56,728 bases of DNA, taken from IMG/VR virus record IMGVR_UViG_3300014818_000012, positions 1 through 56,728 of that record; one strand, given 5' to 3'. The notes beneath the pieces are model-generated. The model saw only the letters and a program-made list of their open reading frames with translations. It was not told where the DNA came from and did not search any database. This DNA comes from a virus. Lineage: Duplodnaviria > Caudoviricetes. Position numbers and translations under genes: made by a program. This document shows positions 18,635 to 28,194 of this stretch, one piece after another; position 1 is the stretch's first letter, and each line of letters starts with the position of its first letter.

Positions 18635-20602
18635 ATGGCTCGTAACAACATCTATGCCCCATCCGCCAGCGGAGGGTCCACTAACTGGGCTGCTGGTATT
18701 AGTGGCGCTCTTACTGACTTAAGCAAAAGTTTTCGGGCTCAAGGGGATAGTGAGCTTGAGCGTGACAGATTAGCTGCAAAAGACAAAAAAGAAGAAACTC
18801 GTTATAATGCACAGGAAGCTCGCCTACTTGCCGATCGCAAACTAAAGGCTGACGCCAGAAAAGACTCAAACACCCTAGGTAACCTTAAGGTTAACATAGG
18901 TTTTGGTGATTTAGGCCAAGGCGTGCAAGACAAAGCTTCAAATACCGAAAAGGGTATAGAAAAGCTAGAGGAAGATTATACCACAAACATAGTGGAGTTG
19001 ACTAAGCGACGTGGGGCTATTGATGAAGATGGTAAGCTAAGCCCCTACGGCACTACCCTATTTGATACCTACAAGACTAGCTACTTGGAAGCATTACCTC
19101 CTGCAGAAGCAGAGGCTAAGGCTATGGAAGCTGTGCGTGGTATCCAGTCTGCTGCTAAAGACAACGACTATGACGTTAAAGCTAAAAAACATATAACCTC
19201 AGCACGAGAAGCCCTGGTTAAGGGTAAAGTAGGCGCTACTGCTAATGCTACTGTGCAGGAATTTGTAGAGGCTGGGCAACGACAGCTGGAGAGTGCAGGT
19301 CATGCTAACCCTTTCTCTGCTGAGGTGCGCGCTGACCTAGCTAACAGAGCCAAGATCCTAGGCCTTCGTACTGGTGGTGAGTACCGCACTGCGGATGTTA
19401 CAGCCAATAAAGCTGCTTATGATAATGCCTACCAAAAAGAAAAAGACCGTATATCATACTTAAAAGACTACTACAGTGCTAGTAAGTCAGCTGGTAGAAG
19501 CACGGACGGTAGTTACAAAGGTGCAACTGCTAAGGATTGGGCTGAGTTTACTAGCAACCTGGATGCTTTCGGTACTGGCGATAAAGATAGGGCCAACACC
19601 TTGTTTTCTGAGGTAAGGAGCGCTCATTCTAACCTGCCTGCAGGTTTCATAAGAGAAGCTATTATGGCCAGATCTGGGGGTAAGTTCTGGGATGCCGAGA
19701 CGCCAGCCTCTACGAAAGCAGAGATTAAAGCCATTGGTAAGATGGCTACGTCTCTTGGTACTGGTACAGGACCCACAGTAAATAAGGATGCCTTTAAAAT
19801 AAATGAGGCCAAATTAGCTGAGCTGAAGCCATCCAACTCGTTGGCAGGCAGACTTAACTTAAGGACCCCTAAGTTTACTGGTAAGTTGTCAGACATACCG
19901 GATGCAAAAAAATTAATCCAGGGTCTTGCGAAGGCTAAAGAAGAGATTAAGAAGGCAGCAGTAGTCCAAACTACTAAGGACGTACAGCAAGCTAAGGAGT
20001 ACCTAGATAAGCCTACGAATACTAGGGCTCAGAGGTTCAGGACACTTTCTCCAGAAGTACAGCAGGAGGTGGCTAAACTTGTTGGCGGACCTAAACTTAT
20101 TGATGACACTACATCACCGTATGCGGATAGTCCGCTATTAGTAGGGGATGTACAGCCCAGTAGTAGTAGTAGTGCCCCATTAGACGCCACCACTAGGTCA
20201 GCAGCACGTGCTGAGCGTAAAAAAGAAGATAGAAGTGTGCTGGATACTATAAGTAGCGCACCACTAGTGCCTAAGTTGTCTGTACAACCTAGTATCCTTA
20301 CCCAACCTAAGTTGTCTGAATACATCCGTAGGCCTAGCGTTTACAACAACAGGGCCACCTTAGATGCCCAAGCCGCAGCTATCAATGCTAAGAATGATAG
20401 AATAAGTGGAGGTAAGCAGCCAATAGGCACACAGTTAGTTCCTAATCTGCCCGGTACCAGCAACAGACCACCACAGATAGACATAGAAAACGCTAACGAG
20501 CGGATGGCTAAGGTACTAGCAAATATGGAAAAACTGAAAAGTAAGGCTAACTCCCCTAGTCAGGTAAGAGAAGACGGCTACATACACAAAGGAATAAACT
20601 AG
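18635..20602 (+). CDS. Internal virion/ejection protein (N4 gp51 position)
   Basis: 655 aa, A/K-rich, no Cys seen, directly upstream of vRNAP. Confidence 0.7.
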   Translation: MARNNIYAPSASGGSTNWAAGISGALTDLSKSFRAQGDSELERDRLAAKDKKEETRYNAQEARLLADRKLKADARKDSNTLGNLKVNIGFGDLGQGVQDKASNTEKGIEKLEEDYTTNIVELTKRRGAIDEDGKLSPYGTTLFDTYKTSYLEALPPAEAEAKAMEAVRGIQSAAKDNDYDVKAKKHITSAREALVKGKVGATANATVQEFVEAGQRQLESAGHANPFSAEVRADLANRAKILGLRTGGEYRTADVTANKAAYDNAYQKEKDRISYLKDYYSASKSAGRSTDGSYKGATAKDWAEFTSNLDAFGTGDKDRANTLFSEVRSAHSNLPAGFIREAIMARSGGKFWDAETPASTKAEIKAIGKMATSLGTGTGPTVNKDAFKINEAKLAELKPSNSLAGRLNLRTPKFTGKLSDIPDAKKLIQGLAKAKEEIKKAAVVQTTKDVQQAKEYLDKPTNTRAQRFRTLSPEVQQEVAKLVGGPKLIDDTTSPYADSPLLVGDVQPSSSSSAPLDATTRSAARAERKKEDRSVLDTISSAPLVPKLSVQPSILTQPKLSEYIRRPSVYNNRATLDAQAAAINAKNDRISGGKQPIGTQLVPNLPGTSNRPPQIDIENANERMAKVLANMEKLKSKANSPSQVREDGYIHKGIN

Positions 20603-20718
20603 GTAACTCCCACCTTGACCACATGGATGTGGGGTAGGTAGCAAGAATGAGTGTAAAGTATACTGCAGGTATGTTAAAATACTTGCAGTATATTTATTCT
20701 TTTAAGGCATCCCTATCT

Positions 20719-23700
20719 ATGAACAACTCTTTTGATGACACTAGCTACCAACCAGACACTACCGACCTAACGACTGGTGTTAGTATAGACACTCCAGATA
20801 CTACTCCTTATGAAGCACCTACTCCTTATGAAGCACCTAGTGCTTATGATACCTTCCTAGAAGAGAAATCCACTTACAGTCAAGAAGACCAAGATGCCCT
20901 TTATGGGGACATTGAAGGTTTCCTTGGTGACAGTACCCAGAGTAAAGCAGAGGCCCTGGCCATACGTAAGGCGGAAAAGCTTAAGCATCTTGGGGAACAG
21001 TCCCAGTTTAGTAGCTTATCCTCATCTTACACTGAATTAGATGATGGCACACTCGAAAGTAACGCCAATAAGATTTGGAATGACCTATCTGGCGCGGAGT
21101 ACACATCCTTATATGACTTTGCAGTAGAGGACCTTTCTTTAGGTGTTGATGATCAGGGTTATTTTTATAAAGGCAGTGGTGAACGTTATGAAGGGCCTGT
21201 AAGACGCAGTTACGGCTATAACACCAAAACTAGTGACGAAGCTTACAAGTTTGGGGTTGCTCGAGGCGACAGAGCCAGTTCTGACACTCGTTATACCGAC
21301 TATGAGGTTGGTGCGGACGGGGTAGACATAAACAAAAAGCAACATGATATACTTCTACCAGAGTACATAGCTAATACCCTTGAGGCTCTCGGACACGGCA
21401 GAAAAGAAGCGCTTAAAGGCAGACTAGTTCCAGACGCCCTAGATATTGAAAACTACGATAGGTTTGGTGGCGGTGCTACTGAGTACTACAAGTCTAAAAA
21501 TGCTTTTTTTGGAGACCCAACAGCAGAGAACTACGGTACGTCTTTAGACAGTTCTGCGGCAAAAGAATTGCTGTACAACTACGCTACTGAGTATACTACG
21601 CCTAGTAAGTACTATAGAGGACAATACTCTGATGATAAGTACATGGATGCTTACTATGGGAACATAGCAGAAGACGCTGCGCAAGAGCGTTATGAAAACC
21701 AAACAGTTTTAGACGAAGCTCTTCAAGTACTATCCGGATTTCCTGCAGGTGTAGCAAAAGGTGCCTTAGAGCTGTTAGATGCGGCTCAAGAGGCGGTTAC
21801 CTACTTGCCACAACTGGCTGCACGGGTAGCTACTGGGAACAGCGCCCTTGATATTGATCTATTTGATGATGGGTACAAAAAAGCTATTATAGAGTTTACC
21901 GACGATTTGGTAGGGTATGACCGTAAACTGGATGAGGTAACACTATCCAAGGCTACAGAAGAACTCACAGCCGCTGGAGTAGACATTACTAGCTGGGAAA
22001 GTATTAAATCAGCCATCTCTGACCCCGAAAAACGAGCACATTTAGGCGCTGCTGCATGGAAATTACTATCTGATCCGTCTTTGACAGTTTCTATGGTAAC
22101 TGAAATGATAGGCTCTGGTGGTGCATTAGGTGCCATTACTAAGACGGCCTCTAAAGTTACCTCTAAAGTTGGCTCTAAGGCAGTACTTGACGCACAGAAA
22201 GCAGTTAGTGGTGTGCTAAAAAGTAACCTAGACAACCTAAAAACTAATGTTGCAGCTGCTAACAGTGCAGGCGACCTAGTGAAGGTAGCGGAACTTCAAA
22301 AGAACTACAATATCCTCCAAAAAGTACCGGATCTACTCAAAGGTAGTGTGTACACTAATGCCGATATGATGGTTCGAATGAACAAGGATATTACCGCATT
22401 TAAAGAAAACAATGAGGGCTCACCCCCTAATACTGCTAAACTACTGCAGATAGCACTAGCTAATCGCGTTGTGTCTACAGCGGAAGTTATGTCCCTAAAG
22501 TCACTAGTTGGGATTAAAGATGTGCCGGCTAGAGTTCTTAAAGAAGCCGCTAAGAAAGGTGTTATTAAGGCTTCTGGTGAAGCTGTTGGTAGACTGACTA
22601 AGAATGGCCTTATGGAAGGTAGTCAAGAGACTCTTGACAGTATCGTTGAACAAATTAACCAGAAACTAGACACCACTAGATTCGAAGGGAAAACCCTTCC
22701 GGACGTGCTCAGTGAGGCCAGTGCGGAAATACTTACTGGCACCTTTGCTGGTATGGCCGGTGGTGTGCAGATCGGTACAGGGAAACTAGCTCTAGATACC
22801 GTTGGGGCTATCACTAAAAAACCTCTAGGTAGTCTAGGTAAGAAAGTACTGAAAAAAGGTGCTAAAGCAGTTCCTGCCCCAGCCACTGACCTTTCCGAAG
22901 AAGACCTAGCGGTAGTCGTAGGTACTGCTGATAAGACAGCTAATTCCACAGTTGGTAAGTATAGTGCTATGTTTGGTGACGAAGAAGTCGCTAAGCTACT
23001 AGTTAATGAAGACTTAGAAACAGAGCAAGAGATACCTACCCCAGAACTAGACACAGCGTTAGAAGAGGCGGTTAGTACAGAAAGTACCTACGCAGACATG
23101 ATTTCTGAAATTGAGGCTGCTGAAGTTGTACTTGAGGATCGACAGGCTACACCCCGTAAAAAAGATACGGATGGTATCGCATTAAAAATGCTTAGAAAAG
23201 CTAAAGCGCAAGCAGCTATACGTATCATAGAAAGTGAAGAACTGCCGGTATTAGGTTCGGGATACAGCCCAGAAGACTTAGTGGACGACTTTATAGACGC
23301 AAAAACTGACGTCTCAGGCAACCTGGATATCACAGAAGAAGAAAAAGCTAAAGTTAATACATTCCTTAAAAAGAATGGACAGAAGCCGTTCCGTTTTGAA
23401 CGAGTGCAGGCACGCCTGTCAGGTAAGGATGCTGCAGCAGTTTACGAAGAATCTATGGGTACAAGTGCTAACAGTGCTCCTAGCCGTCGTGCACGCCTTA
23501 GACGTCTTGTAAACACCCCAGGAGTAAACAAGGCACTAATAAGTAAAGAGCTAGGGCAGATTAACAACTTCTTAACTACCCAGTTAAACCGTAGAACGCA
23601 GTATAGTGTTACGGAAAAAGAAGTCCAAAAAGACATAGATGCGTACAACAACCGTAAAAGCACTGCGGGTAAAGATGTAGGTGCCCCTAAGAGTAGGGCG

Positions 23701-26700
23701 GTAGATGGCTTACCTAACAACGAGATAATCGTTGAGGTAGGTAGTGATGGTAAATATAAAATAGCAAAACCTTCACGCGCAATCTTAGACTCCTTAGATG
23801 ACACTATTGACCATCTACAGACCACACTAGCCCGTTACAACAAAGCTACTGCTAAAGTGCTAGGGGTAAGCTCCTCTACCACTATTGATGTACCAGCCTC
23901 TACTAGTGTAAATAAATCTATACAAAAAGCTAGGGAAGCGGACACGAAATACTATGACAGTGTAAAGCCTACCAAGGTTATTGTTGATAATGGCACCAGC
24001 AGTAAGCAGTGGCAAAAAGGTGGTGACTACCATAGCTTAAATGAGACTAAAATAGTAGGGCCTAAGGAGTTTACTGCCGATGACGTAGTGCTACTGACCA
24101 CCCTAGATATAAAAGCGGGGAGCTCTGCGAGTAGACGACTAGCTGCGGCAATTGCTGCTGGTGCCACTATTGTAGTTGATCGTCAGTTGAAAAAGGGTAA
24201 TGGTAAAGCTATAAACACTCTTGCTAAGGCTTATAATGCAGGTGCAGTAACTGTAGAAGGTAAGTCTGTATGGAGGCCTATAGCAGAAGCTACTGAAATT
24301 AGAGCCGCTGCAGCTGTAGTAAAAAAAGAAGAGAATAAAAAAGCTCTTATTTTATCAAACTTGGTTAAAGCTTTTGACCAGATGTTTATAGAAAAAGGAA
24401 ATGCTAGTACCACGCAGAAAGAAAATGCCACCAAAGCGCAAGAGGCTGCTATAGAGTATTTTAAAGGGGATGCTAAAAAGCTAAATGACTATGTCCTTAA
24501 TACTATAAGAAAAGAGGCAGAGGCATTAGAGGTTATCCTTGATGACATTGTACTAAAAGAAGGTAGAGACTCTAAGGAGTACTCAGAGGCAGTAGGGAAG
24601 GCAACAGCTTCCGCCTACCTACTAGTAGAGAAAAAGGTTAAAGCTAATGAAGAAAGGCTCAGCAAAGGAAGTAGTCGTATTAAGGAATGGAAAAACGCTG
24701 CAGAAGTTGCTAAAAAAGGTGGTGAGACTTTAGTAGCATGGGTTAAAAAGGTATTTGGGGACGAATCTCGCAGTATTGCTATTACCGCTATTAAGAACTC
24801 CCTAGGGAAAGATAAGGCAGGTAAGACAATCTATTCTTACTGGTCAGAAGAACGTAGCGACTATGTTACTACAACTATGCTCAAAGAGGTAGAGGCGTTC
24901 TCCACGGATGGTACCTACACTATTATTGAAGTAGATCCTGATAACTACGTGGAAGTACGTGAAGCTACTGTACTTAATACATTAAGTGTAGAAGACCTGA
25001 AGGTGGAAGGTCTGGATGGTTTCGTATTTAACAGCTTTGTAGAAGACGCTGTGGAGGAGATGGGTAAGGCGATAAGTAGTGAAACTGATAAAGAGACTAT
25101 TTTACCTTTTAGTATAATAAATAGTTCAGCAGTTGGTCTACTCTATGATAAAGATAAAAAGCTCAACCCTAACTTAGCCGTAGCAGCTAAGGCAGCATTA
25201 TACAATTTTATAAAACATAACCAGTATTTACTAAGTAAAGATAGTAAAACCCTAGAGGATATCGCCCAGATTCTAGGGAAGCACCCTTCTGAGTTGTCCA
25301 AATCAGCTATTACAGCTATGCAAGATAATGGCCTCCTTCTTAAGATGGTCGCAGACAGTATGGGTAAAGAGATACTAGCTCTTATGGGTATGTCGCGTAA
25401 GAACACACCTGGAGTGGACTTACAGGCGTTTAGTGCCCTGACTACTGGATTAGGACAAGCAGCTGTCCTTATGGGTGTTAGTGAGGGACTACTTAACGAG
25501 ACATCCATGGGCAGTGTTGATTTTGCCAAAAATGTGCTAGGCAAAAAGGTAGAAGACACAACTGGCAGTACGTCAAAGGTAAACTTCGTAGAGCTAACTA
25601 CTGACTCTGCCGCTATTGAGGAAGTTATCTTAGCTGCAGATATCCTAGCGGATATCCTTCCGGGCTTGGATACTACCAGAAAAGAGCCGTTATTTAGTAA
25701 ACCAAATCATAAAGTGAAAAGTAAGGCTACTAAGGGAATTAAAAAGGAGCGCTTAGGACTTAACCTAGCTGCAGATTCTGTATCAGCAATGGAAAAGCTA
25801 ATGGACACGGAAATGGTCGCAGATATGACTTTAGTACGCTTCTTGATAGCTCCTGAGAATAAGGACCGTGCCTTGGCCCTACTAGGGCACATAGCCTTAG
25901 ACAGTGACGCATTTATGAACCTAAGCTACAAGGAGCAGCAAGTACAAGGTTCTAAAAATCGTGCTCTAGAGAACGCTATGGCCCACATGGAATGGTTGGA
26001 CACAACATCTGCAGGTGACGCTAAGGTGTCTATGTGGTTTAACTACTTCTTCTCAAAGAATGGTCGTTTCTTTATTGATAGTAATACTATTAACCCACAA
26101 ACAGATAAGCACTTCGCTAGATTCTTTGTTCAACCTAAAGACCATAATAACACGTACACAAAGTCAAAAGATGGGTCATTTAAGGTAGAGGGTAAAGATG
26201 TAACTAGTCTTGTTCATTATGCCTTAGCCCAGGCATTTGGTCTCGCTACTGATAAGTTGGGGGATCCTAAAATTGAGGCTTTCAGCAAAAAAATAATTAA
26301 GTCTATTAACAGTATGGCTAAGTTAAACAAGTACAGAGAAGAGTTTTTGACTACTGGGAAAGTAGAATCCCTAGGTATTGAGTTAGAGCACTTTGGTCAC
26401 GCTTTACAGGCTTTTGCCTTTTTGGAGAATACAATTAAGGCTAAAGGGAAACCTTTTGATAGTGCTATTAGTGCTGAGTTCGATGCGGTAACAAGTGGTT
26501 TTGCTCTAAAGCTACTACAAATGCCTATTATCGGAACCCTAACGAAAAAGTTACCTAGTGCTATGATAGAGTGGCTTGATAAGGTAGGTATTGTTATTAA
26601 CAGTTCAAGGTACCTAGATAAATTAGGGGATAAGACACCACTAAGTATGAACAACCTACTAGACACTAAAGGGTTTTTGGACAGTTATCAGTTCTTGGCT

Positions 26701-28179
26701 TCTAGTATTAAACCTACAGCTTATAAAAAACTGAAAAGTAGCTCTAACTCTCCACTACTTACTGATGAAGGATATCCAAAAGCCTTGTGGCAGGCAGTAT
26801 CTAAAGTGTTACCTAGCGTAGATCCGGGAGAGGCTGTGGACTCTTCACTACGTAGCTTGTTTAAAAGCCCTTTCATGACGTTTAACTACGCTGCTTCTAT
26901 CAAGTCTATTAGAACTAGGTTAAAAACTACTATGACGGACGAGGTGGCCGCTAAAATAGCCAAGCTAGATCTTAGTGCGGTGGAACAAGAGCCTGAAAAT
27001 GCTGCCTTAATAACCATGCTTACTGCGTATGTTGGTAATACCACAAGTAAAACAGCAGAAGAAGTGCAAAATATTATTGAAGATATACAGCAAAAAGTCC
27101 GTATATCAGACATTAATACCGTAAAGGTGGGTAAAGGGGCATCCCTAGGCCACTACTTAGAGTTAATGATTGATGCGTCTTATGGTAAACAGGTTGAAGA
27201 GGTATTAACAGCGAAGTTTAAACCATTCGTAGCAGCTCAAGATATTGTTAATGATAGTTTTAAAGCTATGTTTGAGGTGTTTGACATAGCCTTCCAGGAA
27301 AAGTTACTAGCTGCTAGACAGAATGGACCTGTCTCGGCGGTACAAGAAAAAGAGCTATATGAGTCATTGAAGAACCAGTGGCCTGCAATTAAGGGCCCAC
27401 TCAGTAACATGGAAGAAGAGTTTTCCGGTACAGGGGATATTGGGGTGTACAGTTTAGACACTGCTTCACCTTATGGGGTATTTGCTGGCCGTAAAGCTTC
27501 ACAAGTTACAAGAGGGGCTAGCAACAGAACAAGCAAAACTGGTAAGACTTTAACCACTTCTCATATGATCAAAAAGATAAGTGCAGCCATTAGTGCAGGC
27601 GCAGTTATCCCTATACATTATATTGATGGTGCTGTTATGGCCAAAACTGTACTAAACCATGATGGAAGCATACTGACCATACATGATGCTATAATACCTA
27701 GCTTAACTAAAATGTCTGAAGGACAAAAGGCCTATAACAAAGCCACGGTAGACGTGAGTATGGACTACAGCTTTATTAATGAGATAATGAAAAGCCTAGA
27801 TAGGGTTATTGAAAACACGGAGTTATTTGGTGAAGTAGGAAACCCTACAGTATACCAAAAAGCCCAAGTGGCTATAGACCGCACCACCAGCAGTAGTGCG
27901 AGTAGCTACATTATAAGTGTTAGAAACCAGATGGCAGGTTTAGCTAATACTGTTAATGCAGCACGTAAAGAGTTAGCATCGGCACTTAATGAAGGTGCGT
28001 CTATTATGCATATGGCGGGTACGTCTGAAGGTGTCCACACCATTGATGATACTAACAAGGTTGCCTACAAGGAAATTGACACTTACAAGCAAATAGCCGA
28101 TAATGTCCTTACACCATTGACGGAAGATGGTAAGTCTGTTACTGCCCTTATGGAAGACGCTGCAAATATCTGCAAATAA
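20719..28179 (+). CDS. Virion RNA polymerase, N-terminal and catalytic part (N4 gp50-like single-subunit RNAP)
   Basis: NGRF..INPQTDK; motif A EFDAVTSG; motif B RSLFKSPFMTFNY; motif C IHDA. ATG 20719 has a TAAGG RBS; the ORF is open from 20647. Confidence 0.92.
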   Translation: MNNSFDDTSYQPDTTDLTTGVSIDTPDTTPYEAPTPYEAPSAYDTFLEEKSTYSQEDQDALYGDIEGFLGDSTQSKAEALAIRKAEKLKHLGEQSQFSSLSSSYTELDDGTLESNANKIWNDLSGAEYTSLYDFAVEDLSLGVDDQGYFYKGSGERYEGPVRRSYGYNTKTSDEAYKFGVARGDRASSDTRYTDYEVGADGVDINKKQHDILLPEYIANTLEALGHGRKEALKGRLVPDALDIENYDRFGGGATEYYKSKNAFFGDPTAENYGTSLDSSAAKELLYNYATEYTTPSKYYRGQYSDDKYMDAYYGNIAEDAAQERYENQTVLDEALQVLSGFPAGVAKGALELLDAAQEAVTYLPQLAARVATGNSALDIDLFDDGYKKAIIEFTDDLVGYDRKLDEVTLSKATEELTAAGVDITSWESIKSAISDPEKRAHLGAAAWKLLSDPSLTVSMVTEMIGSGGALGAITKTASKVTSKVGSKAVLDAQKAVSGVLKSNLDNLKTNVAAANSAGDLVKVAELQKNYNILQKVPDLLKGSVYTNADMMVRMNKDITAFKENNEGSPPNTAKLLQIALANRVVSTAEVMSLKSLVGIKDVPARVLKEAAKKGVIKASGEAVGRLTKNGLMEGSQETLDSIVEQINQKLDTTRFEGKTLPDVLSEASAEILTGTFAGMAGGVQIGTGKLALDTVGAITKKPLGSLGKKVLKKGAKAVPAPATDLSEEDLAVVVGTADKTANSTVGKYSAMFGDEEVAKLLVNEDLETEQEIPTPELDTALEEAVSTESTYADMISEIEAAEVVLEDRQATPRKKDTDGIALKMLRKAKAQAAIRIIESEELPVLGSGYSPEDLVDDFIDAKTDVSGNLDITEEEKAKVNTFLKKNGQKPFRFERVQARLSGKDAAAVYEESMGTSANSAPSRRARLRRLVNTPGVNKALISKELGQINNFLTTQLNRRTQYSVTEKEVQKDIDAYNNRKSTAGKDVGAPKSRAVDGLPNNEIIVEVGSDGKYKIAKPSRAILDSLDDTIDHLQTTLARYNKATAKVLGVSSSTTIDVPASTSVNKSIQKAREADTKYYDSVKPTKVIVDNGTSSKQWQKGGDYHSLNETKIVGPKEFTADDVVLLTTLDIKAGSSASRRLAAAIAAGATIVVDRQLKKGNGKAINTLAKAYNAGAVTVEGKSVWRPIAEATEIRAAAAVVKKEENKKALILSNLVKAFDQMFIEKGNASTTQKENATKAQEAAIEYFKGDAKKLNDYVLNTIRKEAEALEVILDDIVLKEGRDSKEYSEAVGKATASAYLLVEKKVKANEERLSKGSSRIKEWKNAAEVAKKGGETLVAWVKKVFGDESRSIAITAIKNSLGKDKAGKTIYSYWSEERSDYVTTTMLKEVEAFSTDGTYTIIEVDPDNYVEVREATVLNTLSVEDLKVEGLDGFVFNSFVEDAVEEMGKAISSETDKETILPFSIINSSAVGLLYDKDKKLNPNLAVAAKAALYNFIKHNQYLLSKDSKTLEDIAQILGKHPSELSKSAITAMQDNGLLLKMVADSMGKEILALMGMSRKNTPGVDLQAFSALTTGLGQAAVLMGVSEGLLNETSMGSVDFAKNVLGKKVEDTTGSTSKVNFVELTTDSAAIEEVILAADILADILPGLDTTRKEPLFSKPNHKVKSKATKGIKKERLGLNLAADSVSAMEKLMDTEMVADMTLVRFLIAPENKDRALALLGHIALDSDAFMNLSYKEQQVQGSKNRALENAMAHMEWLDTTSAGDAKVSMWFNYFFSKNGRFFIDSNTINPQTDKHFARFFVQPKDHNNTYTKSKDGSFKVEGKDVTSLVHYALAQAFGLATDKLGDPKIEAFSKKIIKSINSMAKLNKYREEFLTTGKVESLGIELEHFGHALQAFAFLENTIKAKGKPFDSAISAEFDAVTSGFALKLLQMPIIGTLTKKLPSAMIEWLDKVGIVINSSRYLDKLGDKTPLSMNNLLDTKGFLDSYQFLASSIKPTAYKKLKSSSNSPLLTDEGYPKALWQAVSKVLPSVDPGEAVDSSLRSLFKSPFMTFNYAASIKSIRTRLKTTMTDEVAAKIAKLDLSAVEQEPENAALITMLTAYVGNTTSKTAEEVQNIIEDIQQKVRISDINTVKVGKGASLGHYLELMIDASYGKQVEEVLTAKFKPFVAAQDIVNDSFKAMFEVFDIAFQEKLLAARQNGPVSAVQEKELYESLKNQWPAIKGPLSNMEEEFSGTGDIGVYSLDTASPYGVFAGRKASQVTRGASNRTSKTGKTLTTSHMIKKISAAISAGAVIPIHYIDGAVMAKTVLNHDGSILTIHDAIIPSLTKMSEGQKAYNKATVDVSMDYSFINEIMKSLDRVIENTELFGEVGNPTVYQKAQVAIDRTTSSSASSYIISVRNQMAGLANTVNAARKELASALNEGASIMHMAGTSEGVHTIDDTNKVAYKEIDTYKQIADNVLTPLTEDGKSVTALMEDAANICK
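20803..20849 (+). repeat. 18-nt coding tandem repeat (TPYEAP x2 plus a partial copy)
   Basis: ACTCCTTATGAAGCACCT twice, then AGTGCTTATGA. Confidence 0.85.
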
Positions 28180-28194
28180 TACTAGGAAATATTT

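Noticed and set aside
20647-20718. Upstream start for vRNAP given by the ORF track
   Set aside because: No RBS; the segment looks like promoter/leader sequence (TGtTAAAAT), and ATG 20719 has TAAGG
28177-28194. Stop-codon readthrough or a sequencing error fusing the two in-frame vRNAP ORFs
   Set aside because: Two in-frame stops (TAA, then TAG) and a separate RBS before ATG 28195 indicate a real split
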